Shown here piece after piece: positions 1 through 7,641 of a stretch of DNA of 64,000 bases. The position numbers and the translations under genes were made by a program. Each line of letters opens with the position of its first letter. Positions within the stretch are counted from its first letter, which is position 1. The notes beneath the pieces are model-generated. The model was not told the origin of the DNA, searched no databases, and worked only from the letters and a program-made list of their open reading frames with translations. Origin of the DNA: Bacteroidota bacterium (GTDB lineage Bacteria > Bacteroidota > Bacteroidia > Chitinophagales > JADIYW01); the NCBI GenBank assembly GCA_039797705.1, contig JBDKHK010000152.1, positions 4,892 to 68,891 of the forward strand, in the 5' to 3' direction.

Positions 1-1613
1 GATTTTTGCATGGCTGATTTCAATTCTTCTACCGATCCGATACATCGCTCTTCACTTGCATCTTCTGTTCTCCAAATTGGAAGCGGTGTTCCCCAATATC
101 TGGTGCGCGATAAATTCCAATCCACCAAATTTTCCAACCATTGTCCAAAACGGCCGGTTCCGGTGCTTTCCGGTTTCCAGTTAATTGTTTTGTTTAATTC
201 GACCATGCGTTCCTTAACGGCTGTTACTCGCACAAACCAAGAATCTAAAGGATAATAGATAATAGGTTTGTCGGTGCGCCAGCAATGCGGATACGAGTGT
301 TCGTATTTTTCAACCTTAAATGCTTTGTTTTCTTTCTTTAATTTTATACAAATATCTATATCAACTGAAACATAGTTTGGTTCGTTTTTATAGTCTTTCA
401 CATATCTACCTGAAAATTCTCCAACACCGTCTATAAATTTGCCTTCTCTGTCCACCAACGTCAATCCGCCAATTCCGTTTTCTGCTGCCACTTTCATGTC
501 ATCTGCACCAAAACTCGGCGCAATGTGCACAATACCTGTTCCATCGGAAGTAGTAACAAAATCACCAATGATTACTTTGAATGCATCACCTTCAATCAAT
601 TCTTTTTTATTGGCTTCAAAAGGCAGTAATTGCTCATATTGAATACCAGCTAAATCTTTTCCTTTGAAAGAAGTTAAAATTTGATAGGGTAAATTTTTTC
701 CATCATTTTGATAAGATGCAACGTCTTTATTTTCATTTTCTGCTTGAAAATATTTGCTTAATAAATCTTTTGCCAAAATAAGATTTACAGGAATATGTGT
801 GTAAGGATTAAATGTTTTTACTACAACATATTCAATATTTCCGCCCACTGCTAATGCTGTATTAGACGGCAAAGTCCAAGGGGTGGTTGTCCAAGCCAAG
901 AAATAAATATCTTCCTCCGTATTTAATGAATGGTGAATTTTGGAGGATGAATTTATCTTAAATTGCGCCACGGCGCTGGTGTCTTTTACATCTTTGTAAC
1001 AACCTGGTAAATTCAATTCGGCAGAACTCAAGCCGGTTCCTGCTGCGGGAGAATAAGGCTGTATTTTATAGCCTTTGTATAATAAATCTTTTTGGTAAAA
1101 TTCTTTCAAAATCCACCAAATGCTTTCGATGTAATTGTTGTCAAAAGTGATGTATGGATTTTCCAAGTCCACCCAATAACCCATCTTTTGGGTAATGCTG
1201 TCCCATACATCTTTGAACTTCATCACCTCTTGGCGGCATTTTTGATTATATTCTGCTACAGAAATTTTTATGCCAATATCTTTTTTTGTAATCCCAAGCA
1301 TTTTTTCTACTTGCAATTCTACTGGAAGACCGTGCGTATCCCAACCGCCTTTTCGCTTTACTTGGTATCCTTCAATGGTTTTAAACCTGCAAAAAATATC
1401 TTTTATCGTTCGCGCCAATACATGGTGTATTCCTGGCAAACCATTGGCGCTGGGTGGTCCTTCATAAAAAACAAAAGGCTTTCTACCTTCTCTGGTGGAA
1501 ATGCTTTTTTCAAAAATCTGCTCAGTTGTCCAAAATGCGGCAATTTCTTGCTCCATTTGTACTTGAGAAAGATGTTTTACCTCTCTATATTGTTTTGTAT
1601 TCTGCCCATCCAT
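1..1613 (-). CDS. ileS: Isoleucine--tRNA ligase, N-terminal ~537 codons (gene continues past the left edge)
   Basis: Absent from the ORF track because it is edge-truncated. Hand translation of the minus strand from ATG at 1613 gives MDGQNTKQYREVKHLSQVQMEQEIAAFWTTEQIFEKS...FVFYEGPPSANGLPGIHHVLARTIKDIFCRFKT...GGWDTHGLPVE (class I HIGH-type signature). Further on come TTTPWTLPSNTAL and YPHCWRTDKPIIYY. The + strand ORFs 1092..1661, 1270..1467 and 1454..1645 are antisense shadows of it. Confidence 0.9.
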   Translation of the reverse strand, partial: MDGQNTKQYREVKHLSQVQMEQEIAAFWTTEQIFEKSISTREGRKPFVFYEGPPSANGLPGIHHVLARTIKDIFCRFKTIEGYQVKRKGGWDTHGLPVELQVEKMLGITKKDIGIKISVAEYNQKCRQEVMKFKDVWDSITQKMGYWVDLENPYITFDNNYIESIWWILKEFYQKDLLYKGYKIQPYSPAAGTGLSSAELNLPGCYKDVKDTSAVAQFKINSSSKIHHSLNTEEDIYFLAWTTTPWTLPSNTALAVGGNIEYVVVKTFNPYTHIPVNLILAKDLLSKYFQAENENKDVASYQNDGKNLPYQILTSFKGKDLAGIQYEQLLPFEANKKELIEGDAFKVIIGDFVTTSDGTGIVHIAPSFGADDMKVAAENGIGGLTLVDREGKFIDGVGEFSGRYVKDYKNEPNYVSVDIDICIKLKKENKAFKVEKYEHSYPHCWRTDKPIIYYPLDSWFVRVTAVKERMVELNKTINWKPESTGTGRFGQWLENLVDWNLSRTRYWGTPLPIWRTEDASEERCIGSVEELKSAMQK

Positions 1614-1720
1614 CTGCTTCAAAAAAATTTCCGCAAAGATACTAAAAGCTATACTAAATAGTTGATTTTCTCCTACTTTTCATATAATTTGTATAGATTT
1701 GAAGACAATAAATTGTCCAG

Positions 1721-4042
1721 ATGCGTTCCAAAAACTTCTTTTTAATCTTTTCTATATTTTTTCTTTTCCTTTCAGAATTTTATGCGTTTTCTGTTTCAGC
1801 ACAAAATTTGCCCTTAGGAACTTGGACAGCACATTTGCCGCTTCAAAATGCATTATCAGTTTGCCAAAGTAAAGATTATGTATATGCAAGCTGTGGCAAC
1901 GGTGTGATTGGCGTAAATGTTGAAAATAAATTAATAGAAAAATACACCAAAGTCAGTGGGTTGGCAGAGGTTTTTGTAGCACAAGTTGGTTACGATACTG
2001 CTACTTCTACTTTAGTAATTGCATATACCAATTCCAATATTGACCTCATTCGGAATGGGAAAATCATGAATTTACCCTATCTAAAAAATGCTAACATAAT
2101 CGGCGATAAAGATATTTATCATATTTTTTGTGCAAATGGGATTGCTTATCTGGCAACTGGTTTTGGTATAATGAAAGTAAATTTAGAAAAGCAAGAAATA
2201 TCGGAAACAGCTATTTTTAATGATGGCGTTATGACGTATAAAGCAAATGCCGTTTGGGCTAATCAAGACACTATTTTTGCAGCAACTTCTAAAGGAATTG
2301 TCAGTGGCGTTATTAGTTCAACAATAAACTTATTGGATTTTAATAATTGGAAACAATACAACATTGGAATACCACCAACCAATGCCTCTGCTATTACACA
2401 ATATCAAGGGAAAATTATTACGGCTTTAGGTAATGTACTTTATCAATGGGATGGCATGAATTGGAGTACCTTTTTTACAGAAGCCAATTGGGTTACACGA
2501 CATTTGAACAATTCTAACGGACACTTATTAATAGCGCAACAGAAATTAGATGGCAGTGGAAATGTTATTGATAATCGTATTGGAAAATGGAATGGAGTTT
2601 CGTTTAATTTTTATGCTAATTCGGGTACGATTGCTTATCCATTACAAATACTTGAAGACCGTACTAATAATATTTGGTTTGCTGATTTATACAGAGGCTT
2701 GTCCTATCAAGAAGGTGGTAATTTTTATGCTATTTATCCGAATGCCCCTCCAGCCATTTCTTGCAAAGAGATGGCATTTTTAGACGGAACTCTTTGGGTG
2801 GCATCTTCTAATATTACAGATGGCTGGTCGCCCGCATTTAATAAAAACGGAATTTATTTTTGCAAGGATTATCATTGGGATAATTTAAGTATCTACAACA
2901 CCCCTTTGTTAGATTCTTTTTTTGACATTGCTGTTGTTCGCCCAATTCCTCCAGAGCAAAAAATTATTTTTGGTTCTCAAATGGGTATTTTAGAATACTC
3001 TGTGCCTGATAAAAATTTCAAGATTAATAAATTTCGTCCTGGCGCAGTAGATCCGAGCAAGAAGATTTTCAGAATTACGGGTGCAGATATCGACAATCAG
3101 GGAAATGTATGGATGTCGGATACTTACTCCAACACTCCTATTGTTTGCAGAAAAGCAGATGGAAATTACACCTATTTCAACGCTGGATTTCTGAATGATA
3201 AATTAGTAAAAGCAATTGTTGTGGATGATTACAACCAAATATGGGTGGCCAAAGCAGATGGACTAACAATGCTATATTATGGAAATGATATTGATAACAA
3301 ATCAGATGATGCATATTTTAATTTTACTACAGGAAGCGGAAACGGAAATTTGCCCTCTAATAATGTGATATGTCTTGTAAAAGATAAAGATGGCTACATT
3401 TGGTTGGGCACCGACCATGGCATTGCCCGTATTGCCTGTGCTGGTTATGTGACGCAAAATGCGTGTGAGGCCGAACAGATTTGCATTGACAGAAAAGATG
3501 GAAGTGGTTTTTGTGATAATTTATTAGAAGACGAAACTATCAATTGTATTTTGGTAGATAATGCTAATAGAAAATGGATTGGCACCAATAATGGTTTGTT
3601 TTTAATAAGTGCAGATGGACTGAATACTATTCATTATTTTAACGAAAATAACGCTCCGTTACTCTCTAATAATATTCGTTCTTTGGCGATTAATCCTGAC
3701 AATGGTGATTTATTTATTGGAACTGGAAAAGGAATTTGTAGCTACCGTGCAGAGGCAACCGTCACGAATGCAGAAACTGCAGATCCATTTGTTTATCCGA
3801 ATCCTGTACGCAATGATTACGATGGATTAATTGCATTTAAAGGCATTCCCAATAATTGTAATGTGAAAATTGTAGATGTGAGCGGAAACCTTGTTTATGA
3901 AACTACTGCCACTGGTGGACAGGCCACTTGGGATGGAAATTTAACAAACGGCATGAGGGCGGCTACCGGTGTCTATTTTGCTTTATGCAAAGGAAGCGGC
4001 AAGAAAGAAACTGCGAAACTCAAGTTTGTATTCATGCATTGA
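1721..4042 (+). CDS. Secreted beta-propeller (Reg_prop repeat) protein with T9SS C-terminal sorting domain, PorZ-like
   Basis: 773 aa with a signal peptide (MRSKNFFLIFSIFFLFLSEFYAFSVSAQ). Repeated propeller blades include NNVICLVKDKDGYIWLGTDHGIARI, INCILVDNANRKWIGTNNGLFLIS and NNIRSLAINPDNGDLFIGTGKGICSY. The last ~80 aa follow the T9SS type-A CTD pattern (VYPNPV..., VKIVDVSGNLVYE, GVYFALCK, KLKFVFMH). The PorZ assignment rests on size and architecture from memory, not a search. Confidence 0.7.
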   Translation: MRSKNFFLIFSIFFLFLSEFYAFSVSAQNLPLGTWTAHLPLQNALSVCQSKDYVYASCGNGVIGVNVENKLIEKYTKVSGLAEVFVAQVGYDTATSTLVIAYTNSNIDLIRNGKIMNLPYLKNANIIGDKDIYHIFCANGIAYLATGFGIMKVNLEKQEISETAIFNDGVMTYKANAVWANQDTIFAATSKGIVSGVISSTINLLDFNNWKQYNIGIPPTNASAITQYQGKIITALGNVLYQWDGMNWSTFFTEANWVTRHLNNSNGHLLIAQQKLDGSGNVIDNRIGKWNGVSFNFYANSGTIAYPLQILEDRTNNIWFADLYRGLSYQEGGNFYAIYPNAPPAISCKEMAFLDGTLWVASSNITDGWSPAFNKNGIYFCKDYHWDNLSIYNTPLLDSFFDIAVVRPIPPEQKIIFGSQMGILEYSVPDKNFKINKFRPGAVDPSKKIFRITGADIDNQGNVWMSDTYSNTPIVCRKADGNYTYFNAGFLNDKLVKAIVVDDYNQIWVAKADGLTMLYYGNDIDNKSDDAYFNFTTGSGNGNLPSNNVICLVKDKDGYIWLGTDHGIARIACAGYVTQNACEAEQICIDRKDGSGFCDNLLEDETINCILVDNANRKWIGTNNGLFLISADGLNTIHYFNENNAPLLSNNIRSLAINPDNGDLFIGTGKGICSYRAEATVTNAETADPFVYPNPVRNDYDGLIAFKGIPNNCNVKIVDVSGNLVYETTATGGQATWDGNLTNGMRAATGVYFALCKGSGKKETAKLKFVFMH

Positions 4043-4163
4043 AACACTATGAGAATTCACCCATACACAATAATTTGATTGCCGGCGGGAAATGCAGGAA
4101 ACAAAGGCATTTAAAGAAAATTTATCATAAAAAGCTTGTAAGAAAAAAGAATAAACAAGGGTG

Positions 4164-5105
4164 TTAGAAATTGGTCTTATCGCTAATAAAATATTGATTT
4201 CTATCGGAACCATTTCTGGCAATGAGTTCTCCTAAAAACCCTGCTACAAATAATTGAGCGCCCACGATAACCGTAAGAATACCTAAGTAGAAAACAGGGC
4301 GGTTGGTCATACCCACTACGCCGAAGAAAATTTTGGTAACTGCCAGATAAACGAGAATCAAAAAACCAAAGAAAAAGGACAATACCCCCAAAGTTCCGAA
4401 AAGATGCATGGGTCGTTTACCATATCTTCCTACAAATGTAATGCTCATCAAATCGAGAAACCCATTAATAAAACGTTCCAATCCAAATTTTGTGGTGCCA
4501 TATTTTCGTTCTCTGTGTTGCACAGGTTTTTCAGTAATTTTATCAAATCCTGCCCATTTGGCAATTACAGGAATATAGCGATGCATTTCTCCATATACTT
4601 CGATGCTTTTCACTACTTTTTGTTGATAGGCTTTTAATCCGCAATTAAAGTCGTGCAAGTTGTGAATGCCCGAAATAGCGCGTGTAGCGGCATTAAATAA
4701 TTTAGTAGGAATGGTTTTGGAAAGTGGGTCGTATCGTTTTTTCTTCCATCCGGAAACCAAATGATAACCGTCTTCTTTTATCATTTTATACAGTGCTGGG
4801 ATTTCATCGGGAGAATCTTGCAAGTCGGCATCCATCGTAATAACAACTTCTCCTTTTGATGCCTCAAAGCCTACTTGCAATGCAGCAGATTTTCCATAAT
4901 TCCGTTGGAATTGTATGCCTTTTATTTGCGGATTTTTTTGAGAAAAAGATTGAATCACTTCCCAGGAATTGTCTTTGCTTCCATCATCTACCGCAATAAT
5001 TTCATAAGAAAAATTATTTTCCATCATTACTTTTTCTATCCAAGCAAAAAGCTCTGGCAATGATTCTGCTTCATTAAGTAATGGTATGATTACGGAGATA
5101 TTCAA
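4164..5105 (-). CDS. Family 2 glycosyltransferase, polyprenyl-phosphate sugar transferase type (DPM1/ArnC/GtrB-like)
   Basis: 313 aa. Contains MNISVIIPLLNEAESL, DDGSKD and DADLQD (DXD) GT-A motifs plus two C-terminal TM helices. Confidence 0.85.
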   Translation of the reverse strand: MNISVIIPLLNEAESLPELFAWIEKVMMENNFSYEIIAVDDGSKDNSWEVIQSFSQKNPQIKGIQFQRNYGKSAALQVGFEASKGEVVITMDADLQDSPDEIPALYKMIKEDGYHLVSGWKKKRYDPLSKTIPTKLFNAATRAISGIHNLHDFNCGLKAYQQKVVKSIEVYGEMHRYIPVIAKWAGFDKITEKPVQHRERKYGTTKFGLERFINGFLDLMSITFVGRYGKRPMHLFGTLGVLSFFFGFLILVYLAVTKIFFGVVGMTNRPVFYLGILTVIVGAQLFVAGFLGELIARNGSDRNQYFISDKTNF

Positions 5106-5136
5106 CGATGATAATTGGTATAAATTAAAAACGAAA

Positions 5137-5568
5137 TTATTCTTTTTTCAGTATAAAAGCAAATACTAAAGAAACAAAAACACCAATAGCACTATAGAGC
5201 ATCAACACCATGGCAAAAGCACCTTTGGGCAATAATTGCGTTCCGGTGATAGAGGAAAAAATACTATAAAATGCGGTAACAAACATGGCTAATACCAAAC
5301 TTGCCATCCAACCACCTAAAAATCCTTGCATAAATTTTAATCGGTCGCCTTGTATTTTTCTTGAAAGGTATTGTGTTAAAAACACGGCAAATAAAATAGA
5401 AGTTACTTGTGATAACATTGCCTGCATTCTTCCATAAGGCATATTTTTAATGTGTGCCAAAGTGAAAAATCCGGCAAAGAATAAAGTAGATAATAATGTA
5501 GAAAACAAAATTATCATAATACCGCTCAAGGCGCCACGTGGGTTGCTTTCATTTGATTGATTGTCCAT
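5137..5568 (-). CDS. Small polytopic membrane protein (DUF4199-like)
   Basis: 143 aa with four hydrophobic helices. Its position between a dihydroorotase-like gene and a GT2 gene matches my recollection of DUF4199 genes in Bacteroidota. Its start overlaps the HepT stop (TAATG). Confidence 0.6.
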   Translation of the reverse strand: MDNQSNESNPRGALSGIMIILFSTLLSTLFFAGFFTLAHIKNMPYGRMQAMLSQVTSILFAVFLTQYLSRKIQGDRLKFMQGFLGGWMASLVLAMFVTAFYSIFSSITGTQLLPKGAFAMVLMLYSAIGVFVSLVFAFILKKE

Positions 5569-5972
5569 TATTTAGTCAGTATTAATTTAGAAAACGCTAA
5601 TAAATCATCTAATTCATTTTTAACAATAGAATGAAGAATGTCTAAGTCTAAGATGGAATAATCATGTACAGCAATATTTTGGAAACCTACCATTGCTTGT
5701 AATTTCTTATTCAGTTCATTGTTGATGATATTGTTGGCATATAAAACTTGAAATACATCTTTATTACTTTGTGGGATACCAAGTTTGTATGTTTTTATAT
5801 AGTGATTTCCCATGTCAATGCAAGCCTGACAAGCTCTTTCTATATTTAGAACAATAGCATCTTGCTTGGTAAAATTAGTATTGATAGTATTTTCAAACCC
5901 TACATACTCCTGTTGAACACGTTTTATGCAACGTTCGATAGTTTGAGCTTTACATACCAATACATCATCCAT
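5568..5972 (-). CDS. hepT: HepT-family HEPN toxin (DUF86) with degenerate Rx4H motif (QNIAVH)
   Basis: 134 aa. KQDAIVLNIERACQACIDMGNHYI and LQAMVGFQNIAVHDYSILDLDIL match the HepT/DUF86 pattern, and the gene sits immediately downstream of an MNT nucleotidyltransferase with a 1-nt overlap. The canonical Arg is replaced by Gln (codon CAA at 5679..5681). Confidence 0.8.
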   Translation of the reverse strand: MDDVLVCKAQTIERCIKRVQQEYVGFENTINTNFTKQDAIVLNIERACQACIDMGNHYIKTYKLGIPQSNKDVFQVLYANNIINNELNKKLQAMVGFQNIAVHDYSILDLDILHSIVKNELDDLLAFSKLILTK

Positions 5973-6382
5973 TAGTCTAGTACTTTTCCAGTTTTTTTTA
6001 TTTCATCGAAATAAGGTTTTCTCATTTCATTTAATTCGACATAGGCGCAAAATATCTGCGATTCATATCTATTGCAAAAGATAGTATCCTTACAAAAAAT
6101 ACGTTTGCCGGTTTGTATTATTTGAAACTGCAAAACGGTAGATACTTTATCCAATTGAACTAAATCTATATCTCTTTTTAAAGCAAACGATAATTGCGCA
6201 CTTAAATCAAATAATGCTTTTGAGTCTAATTTTTCATTTAATAAAAGTGCAATATCAATATCACTTTCCTTGTTAAAATATTCTGTCAATACACTTCCGT
6301 ACAAATAAATTGCTTTCAAGTCTCCATTTGCGGTTAGCAAGGAAATTATCTTAGCTTCTATATCTTCCAGATTTGTTGACAT
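5972..6382 (-). CDS. mntA: MntA-family minimal nucleotidyltransferase antitoxin
   Basis: 136 aa. Carries the GS-x(n)-DxD nucleotidyltransferase signature (IYLYGSVLTEYFNKESDIDIALLL) and DIDLVQLDKVSTVLQFQIIQTGKRIF, typical of MntA partners of HepT. Confidence 0.8.
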   Translation of the reverse strand: MSTNLEDIEAKIISLLTANGDLKAIYLYGSVLTEYFNKESDIDIALLLNEKLDSKALFDLSAQLSFALKRDIDLVQLDKVSTVLQFQIIQTGKRIFCKDTIFCNRYESQIFCAYVELNEMRKPYFDEIKKTGKVLD

Positions 6383-7641
6383 TATTTATTGATAATAAAT
6401 TTTCCTTTTGAAAAAACTGCTTTTACCTTTCCTTTCATGGTATGTCCAATGTAAGGGGTGTTTTTAGATTTTGACCGAATATCTTTTTCTGCAAAAACCC
6501 ATTCTTGATTAAAATCTAAAAAGACTAAAGATGCATTATTTTTTTGTTTGATAATTTTTGATGGATTGCTGGATAATAATTCAACTAATTTTTCTTTGGA
6601 AATAATAGTTTCTAATTTTTGATTTAATAAACCAAAGGCAGTTTCTAATCCAATGATTCCAAAATTTGCCACTTCAAATTCTACATTTTTTTCATCTATA
6701 TTTAAAGGAGTATGTTGCGTAGAAATACAATCTATTGTTCCATCTTTCAATCCTTCTATTAAAGTATCTTGGTCGGTCAACGTTCTTAATGGAGGAAACA
6801 CTTTATAATTGGAATCGAATGTTTTCAATTTGCTTTCATCGCTGATGAGGTGGTGCACAAACACAGAAGCCGTTATTTGCAAACCGTCTGCTTTGGCTTT
6901 GCGTATTAATGCCACACTTTCTTTGGTAGAGATTCCAACAAGATGCAGATTACCGCCTGTGTATCTTAAAATTTCTATGTCACGTTGCACGGTGGCGTAT
7001 TCCGACAGATTGGTAATACCTTTCATGCCCATTCTTACCGAAACTTCGCTTTCATTTACTTGTCCGTCGCCTACCAAGGTTTTATCAAAAGGCAGGGTGA
7101 TAATTAAACCCTTGAATGGTTGTACATATTGCAAGGCACGTAAAAATACGCCGCTGTCTTTTATACTATGCGGAATATCAGAAAAAGCTATTGCTCCTGC
7201 ATGATGCATATCTTGCATTTCTGTCGGAGTTTTGCCGTCAAAATTTTCTGTAACAGCACCGATAGGTAAAATAGTTACGGCGGTATTTTTTGAATTATTC
7301 AGGATATATTCTACTTGCGCTTTTGTCTGCGTCATCGGGTGATTATCGGCAGTAGCACAAATAGTGGTAAAACCGCCTGCAATAGCAGCATTTGCCACCG
7401 AATTTATATCTTCTCTATATTCAAATCCGGGGTCGTTGATATTGACATATAAGTCACAAAATCCAGGCGAAACATACGTTCCGTTATAATCTAATTCTTC
7501 CGTATTGGCAGGTATTTGCTGTATTTTTTCTTCTATGGAAAATATTCCATTTGCAATTAAAACACTTACTTTTTTCCCATGCCATTTGGAAGTGGGGTCT
7601 AAGACCGTTGTATTTTTTATGAGGTAGTTGGTCATTTCCAA
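6382..7641 (-). CDS. Dihydroorotase-like amidohydrolase-fold protein, probably non-catalytic
   Basis: 419 aa, collinear with class I dihydroorotases (VSPGFCDL..., AGGFTTICA, ISTKESVALIRKAKADGLQITASV, VHHL). The HxH motif is YVN (7441..7449), FSDDG is FSDIP, HICHVST is HLVGIST, and ATDHAPH is STQHTPL (Q at 6715..6717). Confidence 0.8.
   Translation of the reverse strand: MEMTNYLIKNTTVLDPTSKWHGKKVSVLIANGIFSIEEKIQQIPANTEELDYNGTYVSPGFCDLYVNINDPGFEYREDINSVANAAIAGGFTTICATADNHPMTQTKAQVEYILNNSKNTAVTILPIGAVTENFDGKTPTEMQDMHHAGAIAFSDIPHSIKDSGVFLRALQYVQPFKGLIITLPFDKTLVGDGQVNESEVSVRMGMKGITNLSEYATVQRDIEILRYTGGNLHLVGISTKESVALIRKAKADGLQITASVFVHHLISDESKLKTFDSNYKVFPPLRTLTDQDTLIEGLKDGTIDCISTQHTPLNIDEKNVEFEVANFGIIGLETAFGLLNQKLETIISKEKLVELLSSNPSKIIKQKNNASLVFLDFNQEWVFAEKDIRSKSKNTPYIGHTMKGKVKAVFSKGKFIINK

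Noticed and set aside
1092-1661. 189-aa + strand ORF (and the nested ORFs 1270..1467 and 1454..1645)
   Set aside because: It lies fully antisense to the hand-translated ileS coding sequence, whose product carries unmistakable IleRS motifs. The + strand product is low-complexity and Phe/Leu/Ile-rich with no motif, typical of a shadow ORF.
3928-4222. Overlapping 79-aa ORFs on both strands in the gap between the T9SS-domain gene and the GT2 gene
   Set aside because: Both overlap the ends of well-supported genes, have Lys/Arg- or Phe/Ser-rich low-complexity products, and lack any motif. The 121-bp gap is ordinary convergent intergenic DNA.
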